From: Malacoraja senta
Lineage: Eukaryota
DNA: 64,000 bases
Direction: 5' to 3'
Assembly (NCBI GenBank): GCA_038087875.1
Contig: CM075992.1
Location: forward strand, 3,722,001 to 3,786,000
Numbering within the stretch: position 1 is the stretch's first letter; each line of letters starts with the position of its first letter. Of this stretch, positions 48,906 through 60,700 are shown piece after piece. The notes under the pieces are model-generated. The model saw only the letters and a program-made list of their open reading frames with translations, had not been told where the DNA came from and did no database searches. A program made the position numbers and the translations under genes.

Positions 48906-49270
48906 TCCCCTCCCCCTCTGCTTGTGAGCTCAGGGTGGGGAAGGAGAGGGGGGGAGGGGGAATAAATAGCAACTCAGATTACACACAGCATGTGATTCCT
49001 GACCAAGGGTGAAATGGGAGAGAGGCAACTTCATAGCAGGAGCAAACTTGAGACTTGACTGAAGGCCCCATGTTAGTGCAGCAGCCACCCAGCCACAACC
49101 CCCTCGCCTCTCCCCCACCCCACCAATGCAGCAATCCGCAGCTTGATTTCCCCAACAACAACAACTCTCCCCACTCTGGGGCTTTTTTTTTTTTTCTGTT
49201 TACGAGGCGAATCTTTCCCAGATACAAGGAGAAGGGCGACGATAAATAAGCCCCGCGCTGTGATACATAC

Positions 49271-49290
49271 TCGCCTGCTGCTTTGGGCAT
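49271..49290 (-). CDS. VCP/p97-like exon 1 coding part (MPKAAG[D])
   Basis: accatcATG CCC AAA GCA GCA GGC GA|GTATGT; phase 2 fits exon 2 and completes Asp as in VCP MASGAD. Confidence 0.75.
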
Positions 49291-49458
49291 GATGGTGATT
49301 CTCTGCAGTGTCACAGCCAGGGATCCAGATACAGATACAGATACAGATAGTCCTGTGTGTCTGGGTGGGTTGGTGTTGGTGGCTCAGCCTCTCTCCCCCT
49401 CCTGTCTGTCTGTCTGTCTGCAGTCTTGGCTCCGTCTGTCTGTCTGTCCGTCTGATGC

Positions 49459-49491
<33 letters not shown>

Positions 49492-49559
49492 TGACACAGC
49501 TGCTTCACCGCTCTGCATCTTCACCAATGTCATTCACAGCTAGCTTGTTGTGTCAGTCA

Positions 49560-50940
49560 GCCCTACCCCTCCCCCACTCCCTCCCCTTCATCTCTGTTCC
49601 CTCCCCTCCATCTACACACCTCCCCTCCATCTACACTCCCTCCCCTCCATCTATACACCTCCCCTCCATCTACACTCCTCCCCTCCATCTACACACCTCC
49701 CTCCATCTACACACCTCCCCTCCATCTACACTCCTCCCCTCCATCTATACACCTCCCCTCCATCTACACTCCTCCCCTCCATCTACACTCCTCCCCTCCA
49801 TCTCACACCTCCCCTCCATCTACACTCCCTCCCCTCCATCTACACTCCCTCCCCTCCATCTACACACCTCCCTTCATCTACACACCTCCCCTCCATCTAT
49901 ACACCTCCCTCCATCTACACTCCCTCCCTTCATCTACACTCCCTCCCCTTCATCTCTGCTCTGCTCCCCTCCCCTCCATCTACACCCCTCCCCTCCATCT
50001 ACACACCTCCCCTCCAACTACACTCCCTCCCTTCATCTACACTCCCTCCCCTTCATCTCTGCTCTGCTCCCCTCCCCTCCATCTACACCCCTCCCCTCCA
50101 TCTACACTCCCTCCCCTCCATCTACACTCCCTCCCCTTCATCTCTGCTCTGCTCCCCTCCCCTCCATCTACACTCCCTCCCCTCCATCTACACCCCTCCC
50201 CTCCATCTACACTCCCTCCCTTCATCTCTGCTCTGCTCCCCTCCCCTCCATCTACACTCCTCCCCTCCAACTCCACTCCTCCCCTCCATCTACACTCCTC
50301 CCCTCCAACTCCACTCCTCCCCTCCATCTACACTCCTTCCCTCCAACTCCTCCCCTCCAACTCCACTCCTCCCCTCCAACTCCACTCCTCCCCTCCAACT
50401 CCACTCCTCCCCTCCATCTACACTCCTCCCCTCCAACTCCACTCCTCCCCTCCACCTCCCCTCTGCCCATCTCACTCCCTCCCCTCCATCTCCAGTTCCC
50501 CCTTCACCTCCACTTCCTCTCTTCAGCTTCACTCGCATTAATATCCCCTTATCTGCCCCCTCACCATATCCCCTCCCCATCTCCCCTCCCCTCCCCCATC
50601 ACCCACTCCCCTTCCTATCTCACATCCCCTCTCCCCTTCATCACCCCTCCTCATCTCCTCCTCCCCTTTATATCCCCTCCCCAGCCTTCCTATCTCACAT
50701 CCCCTCTCCTCCCCATCTCCCCCTCCCCTCTATTCCTCTCACATCCCCTCTCCCCCCCTCTCCTCCATTCCTATCTCATATCCCCTCTCCTCCCTCTCCT
50801 CCATTGCTATCTCACATCCCCTCTCCTCCCCATCTCCCCCTCTCCTCCATTCCTATCTCACATCCCCTCTCCTTCCCACCTCTAATCCCCTCCCCATCCC
50901 CCCCCTCCCGTCCATTCCTATCTCACATCTCCCTCCGCCT
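49560..50940. repeat. C-rich minisatellite (ctcccctccatctacac-type units) grading into a polypyrimidine tract
   Basis: Direct reading. Confidence 0.95.
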
Positions 50941-51152
50941 ACAGACAGACGCAGAACATAAACAACCTTTAAAAGCCTCGCAGAAAGGAGAAACGAGGAA
51001 TCGCAGGTGCTGTTTCTCCCCCCAAAAAAGACACAAAGTGCTGGAGTAACTCAGCGGGTCTTCATTTTGTTTTACTTAGAGATATAGCGTGGAAACAGGC
51101 TCTTCGGCCCATCGAGTCCGCACCGACCAGCGATTCCCCCGCACACTAACAC

Positions 51153-53315
51153 TATCTGAACTTAAAGAAAGGTAACTTTGAGGGTATGAGACGTGAATTG
51201 GCCAAGATTGACTGGCAATTAGTTCTAAAAGGGTTGACAGTGGATATGCAATGGAAGGCATTTAAAGACTGCATGGATGAACTACAAAAATTGTTCATCC
51301 CAGTATGGCAAAAGAATAAATCAGGGAAGGTAGTGCATCCGTGGATAACAAGGGAAATCAGGGATAGTATCAAAGCAAAAGATGATGCGTACAAATTAGC
51401 CAGAAAAAGCAGCATACCAGAGGACTGGAGAAATTCAGAGACCAGCAGAGGAGGACAAAGGGCTTAATTAGGAAAGGGGAAATAGATTATGAAAGAAAAC
51501 TGGTAGGTAACATAAAAACTGACTGCAAAAGTGTTTATAGATATGTGAAGCGAAAGAGATTAGTTAAAACAAATGTAGGTCCCTTGCAGTCAGAAACAGG
51601 TGAATTGATCATGGGGAACAAGGTTATGGCGGACCAATTGAATAACTACTTTGGTTCCGTCTTCACTAAGGAACACATAAATAATCTGCCGGAAATAGCA
51701 GGGGGCCGCGGGTCAAAGGAGATGGAGGAACTGAGTGAAATCCAGGTTAGTCGGGAAGTGGTGTTGGGTAAATTGAATGGATTAAAGGCCGATAAATCAC
51801 CAGGGCCAGATAGGCTGCATCCCAGAGTACTTAAGGAAGTTGCTCCAGAAATAGTGGATGCATTAGTGATAATTTTTCAAAACTCTTTAGATTCTGGAGT
51901 AGTTCCTGAGGATTGGAGGGTAGCAAACGTAACCCCACTTTTTAAGAAGGGAGGGAGAGAGAAAACGGGGAATTACAGACCAGTTAGTCTAACATCGGTA
52001 GTGGGGAAACTGCTAGAGTCAGTTATTAAAGATGGGATAGCAGCACATTTGTAAAGTGGTGAAATCATTGGACAAAGTCAGCATGGATTTACGAAAGGTA
52101 AATCGTGTCTGACGAATCTTATAGAATTTTTCGAGGATGTAACGAGTAGAGTGGATAGGGGAGAACCAGTGGATGTGTTGTATCTGGACTTTCAGAAGGC
52201 TTTCGACAAGGTACCACATAAGAGATTAGGATACAAACTTAAATCACACGGTATTGGGGGTTCAGTATTGATGTGGATAGAGAACTGGCTGGCAAACAGG
52301 AAGCAAAGAGTAGGAGTAAACGGGTCCCCAGCTATTTACAATTTATATTAATGATCTGGATGAGGGAATTGAAAGCAACATCTCCAAGTTTGCGGATGAC
52401 ACTAAGCTGGGGGGCAGTGTTAGCTGTGAGGAGGATGCTGGGAGACTGCAAGGTGACTTGGATAGGCTGGGTGAGTGGGCAAATGTTTGGCAGATGCAGT
52501 ATAATGTGGATAAATGTGAGGTTATCCACTTTGGTGGCAAAAACGGGAAGGCAGACTATTATCTAAATGTGGCCGATTAGGAAATGGGGAGATGCAGCGA
52601 GACCTGGGTGTCATGGTACACCAGTCATTGAAAGTAGGCATGCAGGTGCAGCAGGCAGTGAAGAAAGCGAATGGTATGTTGGCTTTCATAGCAAGAGGAT
52701 TTGAGTATAGGAGCAGGGAGGTTCTACTGCAGTTGTACAGGGTCTTGGTGAGACCACACCTGGAGTATTGCGTACAGTTTGGTCTCCAAATCTGAGGAAG
52801 GACATTATAGCCATAGAGGGAGTGCAGAGAAGGTTCACCTGACTGATTCCTGGGATGTCAGGACTTTCATATGAAGAAAGACTGGATAGACTTGGCTTAT
52901 ACTCGCTAGAATTTAGGAGATTGAGAGGGGATCTTATAGAAACGTACAAAATTCTTATGGGGTTGGACAGGCTAGATGCAGGAAGATTGTTCCCGATGTT
53001 GGGGAAGTCCAGGACAAGGGGTCACAGCTTAAGGATAAGGGGGAATCCTTTAAGACCGAGATGAGGAAAAACTTTTTCACACAGAGAGTGGTGAATCTCT
53101 GGAACTCTCTGCCACAGAGGGTAGTTGAGGCCAGTTCATTGGCTATATTTAAGAGGGAGTTAGATGTGGCCCTTGTGGCTAAAGGGATCAGGGGGTATGG
53201 AGAGAAGGCAGGTACGGGATACTGAGTTGGATGATCAGCCATGATCATATTGAATGGCGGTGCAGGCTCGAAGGGCCGAATAGCCTACTCCTGCACCTAT
53301 TTTCTATGTTTCTAT
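51153..53315 (+). mobile_element. CR1/HER1-like LINE, 5'-truncated ORF2 (reverse transcriptase) plus 3' tail, degenerate
   Basis: [72 protein letters not shown]; stops, frameshifts and an internal deletion near 52325. Confidence 0.95.
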
Positions 53316-54149
53316 GTATCCTACACACACTAGGGACAATTTACATTTACCAAGCCAATTAACCTTCAAACCTGTACGTCTTTGGAGTGTGGGAGGAAAC
53401 CGAAGATCTCGGAGAAAACCCACGCGGGTCACGAGGAGAACGTGCAAACTCTGCACAGACAGCACCCGTGGCCGGGGTCGAACCCGGGTCTCTGGCGCTG
53501 TGAGGCAGCAACTCTACCGCTGCGCCACCGCGCTGTTCTACCACAACTATGGCTCGTTGCCAATAACCAAACGGAGTTTTGGGTGACCATTCTGGTGTAA
53601 GTACAATTGATAACACACACACTCGAGTTGTGGTTTAACCTGAGCTCCACGGATCACACTTATGTGCAATATCTGTGCATCTCGGTTCCCAGACATGTTT
53701 GGCAATTGGAAACTCATCTCTCTGGATAATATATAAAAGAGTATAAAATTTCCAGAGGGTTAGATAGGGTGTACTATTAGAACCATTTCCCTAGGGTCCA
53801 AATGTCAAACACTAGTGTGGCATGGTGGCGCAGCAGTAGAGTTACAATGCTTACAGACCCGGGTTCGATCCCATCTCCGGGTGCTGTCTGTACAGAGATT
53901 GTACGTTCTCCTCGTGGTCTGCATGAGATTGGCCTTTCCCCTGATTTGTTTTCATCGTTGAATCGCAGCAAGATATTCCTTTAGATCTCCAGCATCTCGG
54001 CCAACGTTCACGTTTGTTCCTCTGCTGGTTAATAAGAAGCAGCTTTTGGAGAGGTATTGGAGCGTAGGGTTGGAGCTTGGCTTGTTGATTTGCCCAACGT
54101 TGGAGCCACTGCGGTGTGATTATTAACTGCACGACTCTCCACGGGTTCC

Positions 54150-54155
54150 TATAAA
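54150..54155 (+). promoter_or_regulatory. TATA box of the beta-defensin-like gene
   Basis: cTATAAAg 50-62 bp upstream of the in-frame ATGs at 54200 and 54212. Confidence 0.65.
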
Positions 54156-54211
54156 GAGGTTTAGTGCGCTGCTCGTCTGATGGATGCTATCTTTGAGGAA
54201 TGCAGCAGAAG

Positions 54212-54307
54212 ATGAGGAAAGCCCTGATCTCCACCCTCGGTGTCCTGCTGCTGCTGCTGCAGATACTCTCTGCCACTGAAAGATCAGGACGCACGCAACG
54301 CACAATG
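54212..54307 (+). CDS. Beta-defensin-like gene exon 1: signal peptide and short pro-piece (alternative in-frame ATG at 54200)
   Basis: MRKALISTLGVLLLLLQILSATERSGRTQRTM then GTCAGT donor; basic n-region, Leu-rich h-region, small-residue cleavage site. Confidence 0.75.
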
Positions 54308-54579
54308 GTCAGTAATGCCTACTATGTTCTGTTGTGCTGAAGCAAAGCAAGAATTTCATTGTCCTATCAGGGACACATGACAATTATCTCTCTTGAACGA
54401 ACTTGAGCTGCACACTCCAAAGACGTACAGGTTTGCAGGATAATTGGCTTGGTGTAAAATGTAAAATTGTCCCTAGTGTGTGTAGGATAGTGTTAATGTG
54501 CGATGATCGCTTGTCAGTGCGGACTGGGTGGGCCGAAGGCCGTTTCCACGCTGTATCTCTAAACTTAAATACAGATAAA

Positions 54580-54972
54580 CGAAACATTCTGGAGCCATTT
54601 ACAGTGTGCAGACACATGATGAAATGAATAACGTTTAGTGCAAGGTAAAGCCAGTAAAGTCTGATCAAAGATTATCCAAGCGTCACCAATGAGGTGGGTA
54701 GTAGTTCAGCACTGCTCTCTGGTTGTGGTAGGATGATTCTGTTCCCTGATAACAGCTGGGAAGAAACTGTCCCTGAATCTGGAGGTGTGTGTTTTCACAC
54801 TTCTATACCTTTTGCCCGATGGGAGAGGGGTGAAGAGGAGTGGCCAAGGGTGCGACTGGTCCTTGATTACGCTGCTGGCCTTGCCGAGGCAGCGTGAGGT
54901 ATAAATGGAGTCAATGGAAGGGAGGTTGGTTTGTGTGGAGGTCTGGGTTACTTCCACAATTCGCTGCGATTT
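54580..54972 (-). mobile_element. Rex1-like LINE 3' fragment in the defensin intron (similar at 1480-1660, 2340-2660, 16375-16770, 60070-60270)
   Basis: SRCLGKASSVIKDQSHP..LFTPLPSGKRYRSVKTHTSRFRDSFFPAVIR C-terminal motif. Confidence 0.75.
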
Positions 54973-55078
54973 CTTGTGGAGTTTTGCAAATTAAACTGGG
55001 TGAACGACCGAGAGGTCGTCGTGGTTACGGGAACTCAGACCCCCCCCCGACCAAAGAACGTTCCCTTTTTTATTTCAG

Positions 55079-55191
55079 GGCAGAAGTGTCGACAGATCGG
55101 GGGACTTGCCGAGCAAAGATGTGTCTGCAAACGGAGACGCCTTTTAAAGATCCCTTGCATCAAACATTACCGGTGCTGCAAAACAAAATGA
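55079..55191 (+). CDS. Beta-defensin-like gene exon 2: mature six-cysteine cationic peptide (acceptor at 55079 or 55084)
   Basis: ttcccttttttatttcag acceptor; QKCRQIGG...C...KIPCIKHYRCCKTK-stop with terminal CC and basic tail; overlapping frame gives GTCRAKMCLQTE. Confidence 0.8.
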
Positions 55192-55299
55192 CCGAGAGAC
55201 CGCCACACTTGCTACTCCCAAGTTCCTAACTTTAACTCAGGCTCCCGTTCCTTAGCTAGGCCCGGTGACCCTGACCCCTGACCTGGCAGACTTGTCAGA

Positions 55300-55305
55300 A
55301 ATAAA
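55300..55305 (+). terminator. Polyadenylation signal of the defensin-like gene
   Basis: AATAAA about 110 nt after the TGA, followed by a T/GT-rich stretch. Confidence 0.65.
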
Positions 55306-55819
55306 ACTTACTGCTTTGATCAAAGACTTGTATTCTTGTCGTCTTTCTCTCGGGGAAACAGCAACAGTAGCCCAGGTAACCATTCACCCACTTTGATCAA
55401 ACACCTTTAGGGATCAGCGTGGTTGGACATTGACTACAGGAAGGTCTCTAGTTAAGGGTGTGAAGACTGAACCATCTTACAAACACCAAACATGGAGGGC
55501 TAACTGAGTCAGATATTGGAGGGCTGCATGTTGGAACTGCGGTAGAGTTGCTGCCTCACAGCGCCGGAGACCCGGGTTCAATCTGACTACGGGTGCTGTC
55601 TGTACGGAGTCTGCACATTGTCCTTGTGTCCACGTGGGTTTTCTCCGGGCGCTCCGGTTTCCTCCCACACTCCAAAGACGTGCGCGTTTTGTAGGTTAAT
55701 TGACCCTCTGTAAATTGTCCCCAATGTGCGGGGAGTGGCTGTGAAAGTGGGATAACATAGTACTAGTGTTGGTCGGCGTGGACCTGGTGAACTGAAGGGC
55801 CTGTTTCCTTGCTGTATCT

Positions 55820-56478
55820 CTAAACCAAACCGAACCTAACCTAACCTAGCCAAACCTAACTTAACCTAACCAAACCTAACCAAACCTAACCTAACCTAAC
55901 CAAACCTAACCTAACCTAGCCAAACCTAACCAAACCTAACCTAACCTAGCAAAACCTAACCAAACCGAACCTAACCTAGCCAAACCTAACTTAACCTAAC
56001 CAAACCTAACCTAACCTAATTTAACCTAACCTAACCTAGCCAAACCTAACCTAACCTAGCCAAACCTAACCTAGCCAAACCTAACCTAACCTAACTTAAG
56101 CTACCTAACCTAACCAAACCTAACCTAACCAAACCTAACCAAACCTATCCAAACCCACTTAACCTAGCAAAACCTAACTTAACCTAACCAAACCGAACCT
56201 AACCTAACCTAACCTAACCAAACCTAACCTAACCTAACCTAACCAAACCTAACCTAACTTAACCTAACCTAACCTAACCAAACCTACCCAAACCTTCCCA
56301 AACCTACCCAAACCTAACCTAACCAAACCTAACCTAACCTAACCTAACCTAACCTAACCTAAACCTAACCTAACCTAACTAACCTAACCTAACTAACCTA
56401 ACCTAACTAACCTAACCTAACTAACCTAACCTAACCTAAACCTAAACCTAAACCTTAAACTAAACTAAACTAAACTAA
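55820..56478. repeat. (CCTAA/CCAAA)n pentamer array
   Basis: Direct reading; continues from a SINE tail. Confidence 0.97.
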
Positions 56479-56516
56479 ATTATGAAGCCAAAATGATAGC
56501 AGGTGTATTGAAGGGG

Positions 56517-56522
56517 TTTATT
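56517..56522 (-). terminator. Polyadenylation signal of PGLYRP2
   Basis: TTTATT on the plus strand, downstream of the candidate stop. Confidence 0.55.
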
Positions 56523-56571
56523 GTGGAGGCATAACGGTGATGTTCTCCCAGTCTGATCTTCACCCGAGGCA

Positions 56572-56622
56572 TTAGATATCGGTGCTTGCTGCCCTGGCCG
56601 TGGGCCTGATGTCTTCGTTCTC
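56572..56622 (-). CDS. PGLYRP2: Probable PGLYRP2 terminal coding exon (ENEDIRPTARAASTDI*)
   Basis: tctctattgttccacatcag acceptor, phase 0 fits previous exon, TAA then AATAAA 50 nt later. Confidence 0.6.
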   Translation of the reverse strand, partial: ENEDIRPTARAASTDI

Positions 56623-57909
56623 CTGATGTGGAACAATAGAGACAGCAGGGTCAGCGTTAATGCGTCCCGTACCCCCCGCTCAGCGATGTCCGCACCAGCC
56701 CTGCCCCACACTTGGCCACTTGGATACACTTGGATAGGACAGGTATGGACCAAACGCAGGCAGGTGGGACTAGTGCAGCTGGGACATCCTACCTTCTATC
56801 TTTGTCCCGCCCCCTCCCCCTGACATCAATCTGAAGAAGGGTCTCGACCCGAAATGTCACCCATTCCTTCTCTCCAGAGATGCTGCCTGTCCCGCCGAGT
56901 TACTCTAGCGTTTTGTAGCTGGGACATGTAGGCCGGTGTGGGCAAGTTGGGCCGACAGGCTGTTTCCACACTGTATCACACTGTGACTATATATATATAT
57001 ATGTGTATTTGTGAGTATGTGCACATATACACGCACTGATTTTTTTCTCTTTCGTTTATTATGTTGCTTGCAGTGTACTATGTTTACATATCCTGTTATG
57101 CTGCTGCAAGTAAGAATTTCATTGTTCTATCTGGGGCATATGACAATAAAACACTTGCCTCTTGACTCTAAACTGGGATGACCTCTCAGGGTGGTGGCAC
57201 AGTGTCGAGGCAGTCAATGTCTCTGACTCTGTGATCCAGTGACCCAGGTTCGATTCCGACCACCGCTGTCAACTCTAGCTGAAAGATACTGAGTCTGGAG
57301 GTGGCTCAGAGGGCGGCACCGTGAGGCAGCAGCTCTACCTGCTGCGCCATTGTCGCCTCCCAACTTTGACTCCAATTTAATGCTAAAATCACCCCCCCCC
57401 CCCCAAGGGAAAGGGCCATATCAAGAACGGGAGTCAAGGGTTATGGGAGAAGGCAGAAAAATGGGAATAGGAGGCAGAGATCAGCCATGATTGAATGGAG
57501 GAATGAACTCGATGGGCTGAATGGCCCAATTCTAACCTGTGAGATCCAAGTGCATGGAACTGCAAATGCTGGTTTAAACCAAAGATAGACACAAAATGCT
57601 GGAGTAACTCAGCGGGACAGGCAGCATCCCTGGGGAGAAGGAATGGGTGATGTTTCGGGTTCTGACGAGGAAGGGTCTCGACCCGAACGTCACCCATTCC
57701 TTCTCTCCAGAGATGCTGCCTGTCCCGCTGAGGTTACTCCAGCACTTTGTGTCTATCTTCAATTTAAACCAGCATCTGCAGTTCCATGCACTTGGATCTC
57801 ATAGGTTATGGGAGTAGAATTTGGGCCATTCAGCCCATCTTAGATCCAACATGGTCATCTAACCATTAACCGCCCATGGTCTAACACTTCCCCGTTGTAA
57901 CGCGGTCAC

Positions 57910-58205
57910 CTTAAAGGCCTCCCAGGTGGTGATTTCACTGAAGAGGGGCGTTGCCGGGGCAACTGGTGACCCTGTGTTGCCGATGTCCCTGGATGGCGTA
58001 GTCGCTGGTGATCTTCCCACCAGCCAATGCACATCTGGTGAAGCTGTCCCTCACCAGCACCAGCGCCGACTGCTCGGGCAGCTCCGAGCTGTAGTTACCG
58101 ATGAAGCCCACGCCGTAGCCCTTGGAGTTCTGGCCTTTGGTGTGGGCCCCCAACCAGTGCCAGCCGCGGCCCTCGTACATGTATCCGTCCGAACCCACCA
58201 GGAAG
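57910..58205 (-). CDS. PGLYRP2: PGLYRP2 amidase-domain exon (one +1 frameshift near 57945-57948)
   Basis: SFLVGSDGYMYEGRGWHWLGAHTKGQNSKGYGVGFIGNYS...GHRQHRVTSCPGNA/LFSEITTWEAFK; AG/GT. Confidence 0.92.
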
Positions 58206-58604
58206 CTGCAGACACCAGGGGACAGTCAATGATGCCCCACCATCACACTCCCCCTCTCTCCCAACACCACATCCGTGCATCTCCTTGTCATCTCCCGCCT
58301 TGATCTACCCATTTGCCAATTATCCCATCTCCCCATCTGTCCGTCCTTCCCTCCCTCCCTCCCTCCCTCCTTCCCTCCATCCCTTTCTCCTTCCCTCCTT
58401 CCATCCCTCCCTCCTCTCTCCCTCCTTCCCTCCCTCCTCTCCCTCCCTCCTCTCCCTCCTCCCTCCTTCCTTCCCTCCCTCCCTCCCTCCCTCCCTCCCT
58501 CCTCCTTCCCTCCCTCCTCCCTCCCTCTCCTCCCTCCTTCCCTCCCTCCTCTCCCTCCCTCCTCCCTCCTTCCTTCCCTCCCTCCCTCCCTCCTCCTTCC
58601 CTTA

Positions 58605-59535
58605 GATGACACTAAGCTGGGGGGCAGTGTTAGCTGTGAGGAGGATGCTAGGAGACTGCAAGGTGACTTGGATAGGCTGGGTGAGTGGGCAAATGTTTGG
58701 CAGATGCAGTATAATGTGGATAAATGTGAGGTTATCCACTTTGGTAGCAAAAACGGGAAGGCAGACTATTATCTAAATGGTGGCCGATTAGGAAATGGGG
58801 AGATGCAGCGAGACCTGGGTGTCATGGTACACCAGTCATTGAAAGTAGGCATGCAGGTGCAGCAGGCAGTGAAGAAAGCGAATGGTATGTTAGCTTTCAT
58901 AGCAAGAGGATTTGAGTATAGGAGCAGGGAGGTTCTACTGCAGTTGTACAGGGTCTTGGTGAGACCACACCTGGAGTATTGCGTACAGTTTGGTCTCCAA
59001 ATCTGAGGAAGGACATTATAGCCATAGAGGGAGTGCAAAGAAGGTTCACCAGACTGATTCCTGGGATGTCAGGACTTTCATATGAAGAAAGACTGGATAG
59101 ACTTGGCTTATACTCGCTAGAATTTAGGAGATTGAGAGGGGATCTTATAGAAACGTACAAAATTCTTATGGGGTTGGACAGGCTAGATGCAGGAAGATTG
59201 TTCCCGATGTTGGGGAAGTCCAGGACAAGGGGTCACAGCTTTAAGGATAAGGGGGAAATCCTTTAAGACCGAGATGAGAAAAAACTTTTTCACACAGAGA
59301 GTGGTGAATCTCTGGAACTCTCTGCCACAGAGGGTAGTGAGGCCAGTTCATTGGCTATATTTAAGAGGGAATTAGATGTGGCCCTTGTGGCTAAAGGATC
59401 AGGGGGTATGGAGAGAAGGCAGGTACGGGATACTGAGTTGGATGATCAGCCATGATCGTATTGAATGGCGGTGCAGGCTCGAAGGGCCGAATGGCCTACT
59501 CCTGCACTATTTTCTATGTATCTATGTATCTATGT
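58605..59535 (+). mobile_element. CR1-like LINE 3' fragment inserted in a CCT-rich tract, near-identical to 52395-53315
   Basis: DDTKLGGSVSCEEDARRLQGDLDRL...RPHLEYCVQ; (tctatgta)n tail. Confidence 0.92.
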
Positions 59536-59820
59536 ATCCCTCCCTCCTCCTTCCCCTCCCTCCCTCCTTCCCTCCCTCCTTCCCTCCCTCCTCCTTCCCT
59601 CCCTCCCTCCTTCCCTCCCTCCTCTCCCTCCCTCCCCTCCCTCCCTTCCTTCCCTCTCTCCTTCCTTCCCTCCCTCTCTCCTTCCCTCCCTCCCTCCTCC
59701 TTCCCTCCCTCCCCTCCTTCCCTCCCTCCACCCTGGTCGCTATGTACTCGATGGGCCGGAAAGGCCTGTATCCAGGCTGTATCTCTAAACTAAACTAAAC
59801 ATGGAGGCCCAGCCACGTAC

Positions 59821-60030
59821 CTGTATCCAATGTCGCTCCATTGCCGATCATCCTGATGGAAGTTCTGGATGCTCCTCATGTCCGCGGCACAGTCTGGGAA
59901 GTTAGTGCAAGGCTGGCTGGGCACGTAGGTGTGGTGGATATAAACAAACCTCAGGGGCAGTGCCAGCTGTACGGGCTCACCCTTGAAGGGACGGGCACCC
60001 CACATACACCGTGGATAATGGCCGGGCAGT
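59821..60030 (-). CDS. PGLYRP2: PGLYRP2 amidase-domain exon (one -1 frameshift near 60013)
   Basis: DCPAII/PRCMWGARPFKGEPVQLALPLRFVYIHHTYVPSQPCTNFPDCAADMRSIQNFHQDDRQWSDIGY; AG/GT. Confidence 0.92.
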
Positions 60031-60700
60031 CTGCGGGGAAAGACACAAATAGAGAACACACACACAACTCCACACAAACCAACATCCCTTCCATTGACTC
60101 CACTACACCTCACGCTGCCTCAGCAAGGCCAGCAGCATAATCAAGGACCAGTCGCACCCTGGCCATTCCCTCTTCTCCCTCTCCCATCGGGCAAAGGTAC
60201 AGAAGTGTGTAAAGCACACCTTCAGATTCAGGGACAGCTTCTTCCCGGCTGTTTACAGGCGACTGAAGCTTTCACTTATACACTAGATACACGTGGCAAT
60301 AAACTAAACTGACCAAAGTGCTGGTGTAACTCAGGCAGCACCTCTGGGGAACATGGATAGGCAATGTTTCGGGTCAGGACCCTTCTCACGTCTGAAGAAA
60401 GGTCCTAACTTGCAGTGTTGTTGGTCAGGGGGAGCGCAGTGGCTCAACTTGTAGAGTAGCTGCCTCACAGCGCAGAGACCCAGCTTTGATTCTGACTAAA
60501 GGCTGCTGTCTGTACGGAGTTTGTACATTCTCCCTGTGACCTGGTGGAGTTTCTCCGGGTGCTCCGTTTCCTCCCACACTCCAAAGCCCCACAGTGTTAA
60601 TTGGCTTTTGTAAAATTGACCCAGTGTGTAGGATAATGCTAGTGTACGGGATGATCGGTGGTCGGGGTGGGCCGAAGGGGGCCTGTTTCCTGCTCTAAGC

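Noticed and set aside
48955..48972. MEF2-like AT-rich site near VCP-like exon 1
   Set aside because: Imperfect match to the consensus; not supportable from sequence alone
47874..51049. 363-, 525- and 499-aa ORFs
   Set aside because: Stop-free simple repeats; no domain signal
53851..54132. Minus-strand ORF with RNKR and Cys residues, superficially hepcidin-like
   Set aside because: No signal peptide, too few Cys, runs into a SINE; it is antisense to the defensin promoter
55820..56478. Interstitial telomere or arthropod contamination
   Set aside because: Degenerate pentamers continuous with a host SINE tail and flanked by host genes
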